Shown here: piece after piece, positions 7,689-17,329 of the stretch
Position numbering within the stretch: position 1 is the first letter of the stretch
How the letters are laid out: the number at the start of each line of letters is the position of its first letter
Virus record (IMG/VR): IMGVR_UViG_3300046779_000127
Location: 1-34,671 of that record
Strand: one strand, 5' to 3'
Source of the DNA: a virus
Taxonomy: Duplodnaviria; Caudoviricetes
Length of the DNA stretch: 34,671 nt
The notes under the pieces: generated by a model
What the model was told of the DNA's origin: nothing
Seen by the model: the letters and a program-made list of their open reading frames with translations, nothing else
Databases searched by the model: none
Position numbers and translations under genes: made by a program

Positions 7689-9097
7689 CACAGTTCCCCT
7701 GTTTCAGACAACTTCTGAATGTTTCGGTACTTGTCGCCAAACTCATTACGCATTTGTTTGTAGCGATTCATCATTGCGTTGTATTCGTCATCAGACTTGA
7801 ACATCTTGCGTTCAGGAGGCGCGCCAAGCAAGGCATCTATTGCCTTTTGACGTTCCTGCGGGTTCTTTACACTCTTAAAAATGCTGATTGCTTCAAACAC
7901 CTTGGAGTCTGCGTTCTCAGACCATTTTTGCTTGAAATAGTTGAGGTTGTTGTCGCCATACTTTTGAGCAAATTGAGATGCACCTTTAGCTTGCATATCA
8001 AGGTTTGTCAGGTCGGCATACGTTCTGCGTGCAATGTTAATCAGCACAGACGGAGGATACGTTTCATCTCCGTTAGCAATCCGGGCCAATTGCTGACCCG
8101 CAACGGTATCCATTGAACCGCCCACTGCTTGGATGTTGGCGATCTGTACGTTAGCCAAATCCTTGCTCAATTGCTTGTAAGTTGTGTCGCCCAACATGGT
8201 GCTCAACTTGCGGTTAATGTCGCCGGCCAAACCTTTAGACCAGAAACTTTCTGGGTCAAGTTTCGTAGCTTCTTTGATAACCTCATCAAGATTTCGGCGT
8301 GCCGTAGACAGGTCTGTTTGACGATTCGTTAGGCTTTGACGATATGCTTGATTCTTGGCGCGGTCAGATTCTTCACCTTGCGACAAAGGCGTAATGTCAC
8401 CAGGCTGGCGAACTCGATACGGCAGCGCCATTTGCGTTGGCGTAACCGCTTGGGGAGCCGCGCCAGGAGCGCCCATTTGCGGAGCGCCTTGAGGGGCAAC
8501 TTGCACAGGTTCAACAGCGCCAGGGCCAGGACGGAACAGGGCAGGTTGACCACCAGAGGTCGTGAGTTGCGGCGTTTGCAGGGCTTGTTGACCCGTAGCG
8601 CCAACACCAAACTGAATTGCATTCTTAAACGCTTGCGGGATGGCTTCAGGAGTTTTTACGCCTTTAGTGATGAGCCGATCAAATACGCTGTTAACCTTGC
8701 GTTCTGCGTCTGGAACGTCAGCAAAAAGACTTGCCGCTTCGTTTTTAATTTCTAGCAGTTTTTCGCTAACTTTTGCACGATTGCCGCTGTTAATATCTGG
8801 GTCGTTGGCATACGCACCAAACAGTTGATACAGCTTGGCGTTTTGATCCATGTCTAACTGAAAACGCGCTTGCTCTGCTTGGGCTGCTGCTTGTTGAACT
8901 TGCAACGGGTTCAACCTTTCAGCCTGTTGAACCTGCTGTTTTAATTGCTGAACTTGCAAAGGATTCATCTCAGCAGCTTGCTGATAGGTTTGCATTCCAC
9001 GCGCAAGGTTAAGCATATCCGAAAGCCCCGTCATGGGACTTTGGACTTGCATGGGCTGAACCGTCAGGTTCGTATTGAAGGGAGCAGTAGCCATCAT
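7688..9097 (-). CDS. DNA ejection protein (P22 gp20 position)
   Basis: Gln/Ala-rich helical protein between the two other ejection genes; synteny. Confidence 0.6.
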   Translation of the reverse strand: MMATAPFNTNLTVQPMQVQSPMTGLSDMLNLARGMQTYQQAAEMNPLQVQQLKQQVQQAERLNPLQVQQAAAQAEQARFQLDMDQNAKLYQLFGAYANDPDINSGNRAKVSEKLLEIKNEAASLFADVPDAERKVNSVFDRLITKGVKTPEAIPQAFKNAIQFGVGATGQQALQTPQLTTSGGQPALFRPGPGAVEPVQVAPQGAPQMGAPGAAPQAVTPTQMALPYRVRQPGDITPLSQGEESDRAKNQAYRQSLTNRQTDLSTARRNLDEVIKEATKLDPESFWSKGLAGDINRKLSTMLGDTTYKQLSKDLANVQIANIQAVGGSMDTVAGQQLARIANGDETYPPSVLINIARRTYADLTNLDMQAKGASQFAQKYGDNNLNYFKQKWSENADSKVFEAISIFKSVKNPQERQKAIDALLGAPPERKMFKSDDEYNAMMNRYKQMRNEFGDKYRNIQKLSETGEL

Positions 9098-11688
9098 TAA
9101 CCTTTCATAGCGGCTGCAATGTCAGGCAGTTGCGACAACAAAAGTGCCTGATTGATTCCACCCAAAGCACCACTGTACGCACCGGCTTGACCAATTTGAC
9201 CAGCGGCTTGAGCCCCGGCTTGCCCAACGTTCAGGTTGGTTTGAGCGTTTGCCAAGTTAGTGCCCAATGTGTTAGCTTGTTGTTGACTTGTCTGACCAAT
9301 TCCAGCAATACCGGCAAGCGTGTTGTAAATGTTGGAGCGTTGCGTTTGGAAGCGGTTGAAAGCATTACCAAACTCTTGACTTGCTTGACCTTGGGTGTAG
9401 TCCTGCAAGCCACGCATGACGTTGCCGCCAAGACCACCACCAGAAACATTACCCAAACGCTGGTTTGCCATCTGACCCTGTTGCAGTCTGAAGGCATAGC
9501 CAGGATCAATCCCTTGCTGGAACATCTCAGGCGTAAATTGTTGGGTCAAATAACCCGTACCCGTTGCCATACCCATAGGATTGCCTTGGGCGTCATATTG
9601 CGTATATTGACCCGGCAACATCCCCTGAATCTGGTTCAAAGCACCGTAACCAGCGCCACGGTATGGGGCTTGTTGCTGGTTCAGCGTGTTGAACATCTGC
9701 AATTGTTGGGCGCGAGAAGCCGCCGCAGCGTCAGCCTGAAGTTGAGCCGCCTTGTTTGAGGCATTTGCGCCAATCAGACCCTGCAAAACACCGGCAGCAC
9801 TAGAACCCAAAGCAGCTTTGCCAAGCGCCGATGTGGGCAACAATCCTTTGAGCAGGGATGCTAGAGCAGTACCGCCAGCAGAAGTGCCACCACCGCCGCC
9901 CGTAATACCGCCAAGACTGCCGCTAGTGCCGCCGCCGCCGCCGCCAGTTGGCGATCCCATCCCAACATCGCCCATAGCATTCAAATCAGCGCCAGCGCCG
10001 AGATTCATGCCGACATCACCCATTGCGTTTATGTCATCTTGGCTAATTTGGTCGTAAATATTCCCGGCAGGATTCCAGCCACCGCCAAAATCAATGTTGT
10101 CAAAACTCGTGTCAACTGCAGCAGGATTCCAACCACCACCAACGTCAATGTTGTCAGGTGATGTATCGCCACCCAAATAGTCTAAGATGTCTGCCATAGA
10201 ATTTCCTTGACCCGATGCGGTGGGTTGATTATCTTGTAAATTAGTGTTGGTAACAACGTCATTCTCGACCTCTTGAGTCTCAGGCGCTTGCGTTTGATTT
10301 ACCTGGCTGTCCAGAATTCCGATGTTTTCTGGCTGTCCTTGGTTGTTCGAGGTAAGCTGGTTTGACCCAATGTTGGCAATGTCAGACAAAGAGTAGTTCT
10401 GGTATGCGTTTCTACCGGCCTGAAGCGCCTGGGAGATAAGGGCGCTAGTCGGGTCTTTACCCGTCATTTCACTAGCAACCAGCGCATTGATGGAGTTCTG
10501 CGCCATTGATGGAAGGCTAGAAAATCCCTCAATTTGGCCTGTAATCATGGGAGCCGCAGCAGATGCGCCCATGCTTGCCAAAGTGGTCAAAGGGTCGTAT
10601 TTTGCGCCTGTTAAGGCAGAAGATGTCGCCCCTTGCGCCAAGGTTCCAGCGGCATTTCCAATCAAATCCCCTGCCGTTTTCATACCGGCTTCTTGGGCAG
10701 CAAGCATTGCAGTTTGCTGAGAAGCTAGGTCGGTTCCGTATTGGGAAGCCGCCGCCGCCTGGTCGCCAAAGATACCGGCTTGCTGACCAACTTGACCTAC
10801 AGCGTAGGACGTTGCAGCAGACTTCAGAATGTCGCCAATGTCTCCACCTGCGGCAGCGGTTTGTGCGCCAGCCAAATATGGCAAGAATTCAGGGGCAAAA
10901 ATTGCCGTGGCAATGGTTGCAACAGGCCCAAGTTTTTCAAATAAAGACTTTTCTCTTTCTTTTGGTTGATAGACGTATTTTGATTGCGTCAAATCTGGCG
11001 CAGATGCTATGCCGGTATTAGGATCAACTTTGACCGTACCCTGCAAAGAACCCTGCGCGTTGGGGCTGTAAACAGAATATTTGTACTCATTGGGGTTGCC
11101 CGTTGGCGTCAAACCAATGGGGGCAGAACCATCGTTGCGGTTTAGCGAATAACTACCGTCAGATTGCGTGAGTCTGTAGGGATAGTTAACATCGCTAAAT
11201 CCACCCAAAAAGCCAAAACCACCCTGACCTTGATACAGTTTGGTCAAAGAGTTTTGAACGGCTTGCTGCGGGGTTGTATCGTAAGCAATGTCATCTAAGG
11301 TGACTTTAGGATACAGCTTTTGAGCTTCTGCTAGTGTTGCCTGTCGGATCGGCAAATATCTGGCCTCACGCTCTGCAATCGCCGCATTAACAGCTTCTTT
11401 GCTTGTTAATGGAGTTGTTGTGTTTAATAAACCGCTAAAAGGTGTTGACTGCGTAACTGGCGCAGGAGTTGGTTCAGGCGTTGGAGTAGGTGCTGGAGCC
11501 GGTGCTGGAGCCACAGGTTGAGCAAGAACCTGGTCACGATTCATCACAGCATTACGATACTGAGCAAATTGCGGTTGGGTGTTAAAAAACCAATCCCAAC
11601 CCATCATGTCAACCATCCATTGGTTGCCAGAATTTAACCAGTCTTGTGCGCCTTGTGCGGCTGATCTTTCTTCTGCTGAATAAGCCAT
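9097..11688 (-). CDS. DNA ejection/pilot protein (P22 gp7-like C-terminal part) with a long N-terminal extension
   Basis: C-terminal ASNKAAQLQADAA...QAPYRGAG...DPGYAFRLQQG...ASQEFGNAFNR pattern; Gly/Ala-rich. Confidence 0.7.
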   Translation of the reverse strand: MAYSAEERSAAQGAQDWLNSGNQWMVDMMGWDWFFNTQPQFAQYRNAVMNRDQVLAQPVAPAPAPAPTPTPEPTPAPVTQSTPFSGLLNTTTPLTSKEAVNAAIAEREARYLPIRQATLAEAQKLYPKVTLDDIAYDTTPQQAVQNSLTKLYQGQGGFGFLGGFSDVNYPYRLTQSDGSYSLNRNDGSAPIGLTPTGNPNEYKYSVYSPNAQGSLQGTVKVDPNTGIASAPDLTQSKYVYQPKEREKSLFEKLGPVATIATAIFAPEFLPYLAGAQTAAAGGDIGDILKSAATSYAVGQVGQQAGIFGDQAAAASQYGTDLASQQTAMLAAQEAGMKTAGDLIGNAAGTLAQGATSSALTGAKYDPLTTLASMGASAAAPMITGQIEGFSSLPSMAQNSINALVASEMTGKDPTSALISQALQAGRNAYQNYSLSDIANIGSNQLTSNNQGQPENIGILDSQVNQTQAPETQEVENDVVTNTNLQDNQPTASGQGNSMADILDYLGGDTSPDNIDVGGGWNPAAVDTSFDNIDFGGGWNPAGNIYDQISQDDINAMGDVGMNLGAGADLNAMGDVGMGSPTGGGGGGTSGSLGGITGGGGGTSAGGTALASLLKGLLPTSALGKAALGSSAAGVLQGLIGANASNKAAQLQADAAAASRAQQLQMFNTLNQQQAPYRGAGYGALNQIQGMLPGQYTQYDAQGNPMGMATGTGYLTQQFTPEMFQQGIDPGYAFRLQQGQMANQRLGNVSGGGLGGNVMRGLQDYTQGQASQEFGNAFNRFQTQRSNIYNTLAGIAGIGQTSQQQANTLGTNLANAQTNLNVGQAGAQAAGQIGQAGAYSGALGGINQALLLSQLPDIAAAMKG

Positions 11689-11700
11689 GTCTTTTCCCGT

Positions 11701-12288
11701 TTAAGGAGTTATCTGGTTGACAGTTGCAATTACCGACAGCGTTGCGGGCCTTGTTGGAGTGCTTGCTGGCGCATAGTATTTAATGCTCGTGGTTGTCGCC
11801 GTTGTTGACCAAACCAATTGAACGTAGTCATTAGCATTCAATTGCAGAAAGTAATTCCAGCCGTTGACGCTATGCCCAGGCGTGCCACCATGAGAGTTTG
11901 GAACGCTTATGTAGCCAGTTGAACCAACAACATCAACGCCATTGACCCTGACCCAAATGGAAACGTCACTCAATTGAGTGTCCGTGTTTTCCAATTGTGC
12001 GCTGAATTGGATATTGTAAGTTCCAGCGTTAGCAACCACCAACTTGTTTCCGCTACTTACCGTCACACCGTTGGAGTAATCCGTTGTGTTGAATGTAATT
12101 AGGGTCGCTGTGTTGGCTGTCGCCGTTTGTGTCGTTGTGTCTGAAAACGCACCATATTTCAGATAACCAGAGAACAAACTACCCAACTTCAGCAGATACA
12201 TCAACCATTCCCTAGAGGGGCGGTTTGTCTGCACATCCAAGAATGGGCTTCTTGGAATGTTGATGTCGCCGATGTTATTGGTTGCCAT
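11701..12288 (-). CDS. Virion tail protein in the tail-needle (gp26) position, beta-rich C-terminal domain
   Basis: Follows the gp10-like gene; GTYNIQFSAQL...LNANDYVQL resembles a C1q/TNF-like beta-sandwich. Confidence 0.55.
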   Translation of the reverse strand: MATNNIGDINIPRSPFLDVQTNRPSREWLMYLLKLGSLFSGYLKYGAFSDTTTQTATANTATLITFNTTDYSNGVTVSSGNKLVVANAGTYNIQFSAQLENTDTQLSDVSIWVRVNGVDVVGSTGYISVPNSHGGTPGHSVNGWNYFLQLNANDYVQLVWSTTATTTSIKYYAPASTPTRPATLSVIATVNQITP

Positions 12289-14270
12289 CAGTTTTCCCCG
12301 ACAGAGGCTTTCAGATTGGCAGAAACAATTACAGCGTTAACAGGATCAGTTACAACAACCTCAAACACACGGTCACGGGCCATGCCCAGACGCCGCCAAA
12401 TCGCACGATTCTTGTACTTACCAAGAGCGCCGATGCTGACCCAATATTCATTCGACCAAGTTGAGCCGCCATCGTTAGACCAACGCAACATGGCTTGAGG
12501 ATTGGTTGTAACGTCCCCTGTGCTTGCGGTTGTGCGGTTAGCAATATATAGCGTCACGTTAGGAGCAACAGTCAGGGTAGCGTTTGGATAGATGTAGTAC
12601 GGGTCACCAATGTAGTTATTAGTGTCTTGCGTTGACAGGCCGGTAGTCCCAACGCCGGGTTGGAATTGAATCTGGAACTCGTCAAAGTATTGGCGTTGCA
12701 GGTCAGACACTAGGTGAGGAGCGCGGCGAACCCTGCGGATTTCCTGACCATCATCCGTGTAGACCTGTTTGCTTAGTTCGTACAGCTTACCGTTCTCATG
12801 GTCGCCAACAATAATCAAACCTTGGAACAAAGCAGAACAATTGCCACGGTGACGGTGGTAAACATTGTCGTTATCCACCCACAGCCACTTGTGCCACATC
12901 TGGGTTGTTGCGTCATACGCCCAAGTCAGATCAAGAGTCGGGAAGCTAACAACGTAAACCTCGTGGCCTTCAAGCTGGTAAGTCCAAGCAATTGCGTCAT
13001 CAATGTATTGGTTTTGCAGCGTGTTCTCAACAGCGTGAGTAGAAATCCGTGTGGGCGTGTAGCCGTTCATCTGAACGATTTGACCTTGACCACGAATGTT
13101 GCGGGACACATAAGCAAACGAATTGCCAACCCGAGCAACCGAGAACACAGAAGCAATACCGTGTTGGGTAGACGTACCTGGGATGCGTTGGAACGGGAAA
13201 GGAACAGCACCAACATCAACCCAGACCTCGGAGGAGTTTTCACCAAGCAGGTAAATCTCTCGATGGTCAACAATCAACGACACCAGATCGTCAGGAGCGC
13301 CATCTTTTAGCCCGTATGACAACTGAGGAGATACGGGGCTAAGAAAGTCAGAAGCGCCCCATTGCTGCGTGTTTGGGTTGTTGTAAACAAAATAATTGTC
13401 AACAATGTCCACGGTGTTTCCACCCGAGAATGCGCCATCAGAGGACGGAATCTGGGTGAAGTTCAGCGCATAAAGGGTTGTTGAGCTGACCGTTTGCGAG
13501 GTGCTGACGGTGTACGTTCCCGCCCCACCAGTGCCTGAAACAAGCGCAGTAATCATGGTGTCGGCAGTTACACCAGTACCCTGAATGGTTTGACCAACGT
13601 ACAGCGTGCCAGAAGTCACCGCAGAAACGGTTAGCGTTGTGCCTGAGATTGATCCGGTCACAATTGCGCCAGCCGCAGCCGTAGACATATCCTCAGATGC
13701 GATTGTCTGAGAGATATTGATTGTGTAAGTTCCCGCGCCGCCAGTACCAGTGCCAAGCGCGGTAATGACGGTTTCGTTGGTAACACCAACCCCAAACACC
13801 TGTTGACCAACAGCCAATGTGCCGCTTGTCACAGTGGCCACGGTTAGCGTAGTACCAGAAATGCCGCCACGGAAAATCGCCGCAGCAGGGGTCGAAATGC
13901 GCCAGGTGTAACGGTACGCACCGTCAACAATGTAAACGTTAATGCCGTTGTCGGTAATGCCAACCCGCCCCGTAGATGTGTTTAGGAATCCAACGATTGT
14001 GGGCGTCAGATTTGACGACAGAACGTAGACGTAAGGGCCAGATACGGCAACAAGCTGTTCACCACCAGAAACAGTACGCAAACCACGGATTTCGCCGTAG
14101 TTCAGCACCGCCTTGGCAACTAGTCCAGGGGTCGGATAGAGGGCAACAACGCCACGAACACCAGGCTGTTTAAGCGGATCAACTTCAGGGAAAAAGTTAA
14201 TACATTCCTGTGCATCTTGGTAAATGCTTGGAGCTTCGTAAGATGGCCCGACAAACCCAAAATCTGCCAT
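12288..14270 (-). CDS. P22 gp10-like DNA stabilisation/tail hub protein with two inserted beta-rich repeats
   Basis: [50 protein letters not shown] motifs. Confidence 0.88.
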   Translation of the reverse strand: MADFGFVGPSYEAPSIYQDAQECINFFPEVDPLKQPGVRGVVALYPTPGLVAKAVLNYGEIRGLRTVSGGEQLVAVSGPYVYVLSSNLTPTIVGFLNTSTGRVGITDNGINVYIVDGAYRYTWRISTPAAAIFRGGISGTTLTVATVTSGTLAVGQQVFGVGVTNETVITALGTGTGGAGTYTINISQTIASEDMSTAAAGAIVTGSISGTTLTVSAVTSGTLYVGQTIQGTGVTADTMITALVSGTGGAGTYTVSTSQTVSSTTLYALNFTQIPSSDGAFSGGNTVDIVDNYFVYNNPNTQQWGASDFLSPVSPQLSYGLKDGAPDDLVSLIVDHREIYLLGENSSEVWVDVGAVPFPFQRIPGTSTQHGIASVFSVARVGNSFAYVSRNIRGQGQIVQMNGYTPTRISTHAVENTLQNQYIDDAIAWTYQLEGHEVYVVSFPTLDLTWAYDATTQMWHKWLWVDNDNVYHRHRGNCSALFQGLIIVGDHENGKLYELSKQVYTDDGQEIRRVRRAPHLVSDLQRQYFDEFQIQFQPGVGTTGLSTQDTNNYIGDPYYIYPNATLTVAPNVTLYIANRTTASTGDVTTNPQAMLRWSNDGGSTWSNEYWVSIGALGKYKNRAIWRRLGMARDRVFEVVVTDPVNAVIVSANLKASVGEN

Positions 14271-14279
14271 GACTTATCC

Positions 14280-15263
14280 TTAACGGAAGAAACCACCCGA
14301 GAGAATCCAACCTGCGTCTTTTGCTCTGCCAACCAGCAACGAATCAGGATAACGCGCTGTCTGCATGGGCGTCATGTTGTTGCGCTTGATCGTAGACTTT
14401 GATTGCGCTGCGTATTGCTGAATCATCGCAATCTGCACTTGAGAGGCTTTGCCGTACATAGGCATCAAACGCTCTGCCAAACACCATCTGAGGGCCATCT
14501 GATAGCCTTGCGGGAACAGAATGGTGTCGTTGATGGTTTCGTAGCGGGTAAAAATCGTGTTGGCGAACAGGTGCATCTCGCCTTGTGACGGGTTAGGCCA
14601 CACAAACACGTTGCCAGAATCTGCGCCGGGATTGTAGTAAATCGCCTTGGGCCAAGGGCCGTTCAGCGTCTTTAGTCCAATCATTTCGTAATCTTCAAGC
14701 GCCAACACCGCAACAGGATAGTCCAAACCGCCAGAGATGATCGGCTGACCGTTAGAGGTCGTGTTGATACGCACAAACGCCGAGTTAATCTGCAAGGGCT
14801 TTTGGTAGTAAGCGGTGATCGTGGTCGAGGCAACCGATTGGTTGATGTTGACCTGATACGTCCCCTGTTCGTTGACGTTACCACCTGCGCCGGTCAGGAA
14901 TTGGGTGATTTTTGTACCCGCCTGGATGCCAGTACCGCTAAGAGTTTGTCCTTGAGCAACCGCGCCAGAGTTAATGCCGGTAACGGTCAAGATGTTTCCA
15001 GAAATGGAGCCGGTAAACGATGCGCCAATAAAGTTTTGAGTGCTAGGATCAGGGCCAATCGTGTATTGAACCTGACCAGCAATGACGGGGAAAATGATCT
15101 CCGTCACGTTGAAAACCATCATGTTTTCGTTTGACCACTGGTCGATCATGTCGTTCAGCATATCAAACGCATCCTGCGCTGCGTCAGGGGTCGGTGTCTC
15201 TCCTGCTTCCAATGCGCCGATGTCTTTTAGGGCTCTGCTAATAATGTCTATCGGCTGAGTCAT
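14280..15263 (-). CDS. Head-to-tail adaptor (P22 gp4-like) with an inserted beta-rich domain
   Basis: [11 protein letters not shown]...[14 protein letters not shown]-terminus, [16 protein letters not shown]; directly upstream of gp10. Confidence 0.75.
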   Translation of the reverse strand: MTQPIDIISRALKDIGALEAGETPTPDAAQDAFDMLNDMIDQWSNENMMVFNVTEIIFPVIAGQVQYTIGPDPSTQNFIGASFTGSISGNILTVTGINSGAVAQGQTLSGTGIQAGTKITQFLTGAGGNVNEQGTYQVNINQSVASTTITAYYQKPLQINSAFVRINTTSNGQPIISGGLDYPVAVLALEDYEMIGLKTLNGPWPKAIYYNPGADSGNVFVWPNPSQGEMHLFANTIFTRYETINDTILFPQGYQMALRWCLAERLMPMYGKASQVQIAMIQQYAAQSKSTIKRNNMTPMQTARYPDSLLVGRAKDAGWILSGGFFR

Positions 15264-15272
15264 TTTGTGTCC

Positions 15273-15596
15273 TTATAGGTCAGGAGTGAACACCTGGGGC
15301 ATCCAAGGGGCAACTACAGGTTTACGGCTTGCCAACGCCTCTAATTGCTCCTCTAAGCGGGATTTTATGACGCATTTCCCGTCACGCATAGATGATCCCT
15401 CAATCCAGCCAACTACCATTTCTTCAGTCACATCAGCAAAAGGAATCGTAGCATTTCCCTCGAAAAACCAGTTTCCCTCCGTGTCCACAGAGAAACCATC
15501 TGCCTCTGCGGTAACGTGATATTTAGCAGATGTGATGCGTCCATCTTCAGCCTGAAGATCGGTAACGCTCCACTTGTAGGATATGGGTGATTGCAT
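15273..15596 (-). CDS. Hypothetical protein, paralogue of the upstream gene (possible fibre-associated protein)
   Basis: YKWSVT...IPFADVTEEMVVGWI...PW; ATG start at 15596 chosen. Confidence 0.7.
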   Translation of the reverse strand: MQSPISYKWSVTDLQAEDGRITSAKYHVTAEADGFSVDTEGNWFFEGNATIPFADVTEEMVVGWIEGSSMRDGKCVIKSRLEEQLEALASRKPVVAPWMPQVFTPDL

Positions 15597-15598
15597 GG

Positions 15599-15946
15599 TC
15601 AGGCCCAAGGCAACGGCGGCGTAACCACCGGAGGATTGATCTGATTGTTGATCTGTTGCTGAACAGCAGCTTCCGTTGCGTTTTTATCTACGCCATTAGC
15701 CCAAATCCAGCCAAGAACCTGTTGCTCGGTAAGTTGGTTGTAGGGTGTGAAAGATTCGCCTGTCGGTGCAGGAACGTTGCAAGTGCTATATACAGAACCG
15801 TTATAGGTGTTGCCGCCTGAAACTTGCTGTCCAGAGCAAGTCCAATGCACCGTAAAAACCACATCTGTTTCCCCATCAAATTGTGGGTAGCAGTCCATAG
15901 CAGTAACGTCCCAAGTGATGGCAATAGAGGTTAATGTGTCGGTCAT
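15599..15946 (-). CDS. Hypothetical protein downstream of the tail fibre (possible fibre-associated protein)
   Basis: ITWDVT...VVFTVHW...FTPYNQLTEQQVLGWI...PLPW; start at MTDT is inferred. Confidence 0.75.
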   Translation of the reverse strand: MTDTLTSIAITWDVTAMDCYPQFDGETDVVFTVHWTCSGQQVSGGNTYNGSVYSTCNVPAPTGESFTPYNQLTEQQVLGWIWANGVDKNATEAAVQQQINNQINPPVVTPPLPWA

Positions 15947-15964
15947 GATTTTTCTTTTCAAAAA

Positions 15965-17320
15965 TTATTTAAGTTCAAGTTGCGCCACACGAACGCGGAG
16001 AGATTGCAGTTCAGCAATAATATTGGCAATAAATTCGGCAGAGCCGTACTCCATTTGCTGCATCTGTTTACCATCCTTTTCGCCCACCACGCTGCTTGGG
16101 CTGACTTCTTGTACTTCATGAGCAATAAAACCAACGCCATGAATACCTGTTTCTTTCCAAACCCAGGTTTTAGGCTTGAGTGCGTCAATGAATGCGCCAC
16201 TTCCGGTTAGCGGTTGCGGATTGTCCTTGAGTCGGTAATCAGATGAGGTATTAAAAGCAGTATTGGCCCCATCCGTTGTAATTGAGCCGCGCGGACTTGC
16301 CCCAGAGCCATCTCTAAAATAAGCCTGATACCTTGTTCCGCTTGTTGCGGAATTCCAAAGATTAAGAGCCTCATAACCTGCGTTGTTGGACTTAAATAGC
16401 GGGCCAAACGTTCCAGATGCATCTACAGCAAGTTTAGTTGAAAATCCAGCCCCAGCGCCAGCAGTTGTCGTCCCCACCAGCAAGTTACCGCTGGAGTCAA
16501 GCGTCATTGCCTGAGTCCAAGTTATGTTGTTTCCTGCTGTGCCTGATGCGGCGTTAAACCATCTGTGAAGATTATCAGTTAACTGATAACGCGCAGAAAA
16601 TCCTGTTATGCCATATAACCAGCCGCCGTTGTAATAAGCGTTATTTACAAGGTTAAGGTCAACGTTTGACGTTGCATGGATACCTGCGCCAACTTGATTA
16701 AGGTTAAATAATTTTCCACCAGATGTTGCTGGCGGCGTAACTCCAAGCCCAAAGTTACCACTAGAGTCAAGCCGCATTCCTTCTGTTAGCGTGCCGCCGG
16801 TGTTTGCGTAAGAGAATGTTAGGCCAGTTGCTTCATTACCGTCACGATAAGCAAATACCCTTGCGCGGAGTGCATTAGAGCTACCAGTGGTTCTACGGAA
16901 GTCAATACCCCAAGAGTTGCCTGCAGTGTTGTCTGCTTGTTGCAGAGTAAGCAAACCTTGAGTTCCAGAGGAAGCGGTATACGCTTCAAGTTTTGTATTG
17001 GGAGAAGTTGTCCCAATGCCGACACTACCAGTGCTTGTTGCAAAGTTAGATGCCCCGGTATGAGTAAAAGTTGTGCCGTTAAATGTAAGGTTTGCAGAAC
17101 CGGCAAATGCGCCAGAACTGTTGTACTGAACCTGCGTATTTGATCCACCAGCAGCCGTTGTAACGCTTGCAAATGACAAGGTTCCAGTGCCGTTAGTAAC
17201 CAATGCCTGACCATTAGTGCCATCTGCGCTTGGGAGCGTGAAGTTAACCGTTGATGCGGTGTTAGGGCCAACAAGGTTAACAGCCCCGCCCAAGTTTGCT
17301 TGAAAAACTAGAGTTCCCAT
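15965..17320 (-). CDS. Tail fibre/spike with C-terminal intramolecular chaperone (peptidase S74) domain
   Basis: VGIGTTSP and two M-x-LDSSGN repeats; SDYRLKDN cleavage motif, GFIAHEVQEV, terminal coiled coil; AAGGA RBS. Confidence 0.88.
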   Translation of the reverse strand: MGTLVFQANLGGAVNLVGPNTASTVNFTLPSADGTNGQALVTNGTGTLSFASVTTAAGGSNTQVQYNSSGAFAGSANLTFNGTTFTHTGASNFATSTGSVGIGTTSPNTKLEAYTASSGTQGLLTLQQADNTAGNSWGIDFRRTTGSSNALRARVFAYRDGNEATGLTFSYANTGGTLTEGMRLDSSGNFGLGVTPPATSGGKLFNLNQVGAGIHATSNVDLNLVNNAYYNGGWLYGITGFSARYQLTDNLHRWFNAASGTAGNNITWTQAMTLDSSGNLLVGTTTAGAGAGFSTKLAVDASGTFGPLFKSNNAGYEALNLWNSATSGTRYQAYFRDGSGASPRGSITTDGANTAFNTSSDYRLKDNPQPLTGSGAFIDALKPKTWVWKETGIHGVGFIAHEVQEVSPSSVVGEKDGKQMQQMEYGSAEFIANIIAELQSLRVRVAQLELK

Positions 17321-17329
17321 ATCGTTTCC

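Noticed and set aside
9928-9945. (GCC)x6 microsatellite
   Set aside because: Encodes a poly-Gly linker in the ejection protein; in frame and unremarkable.
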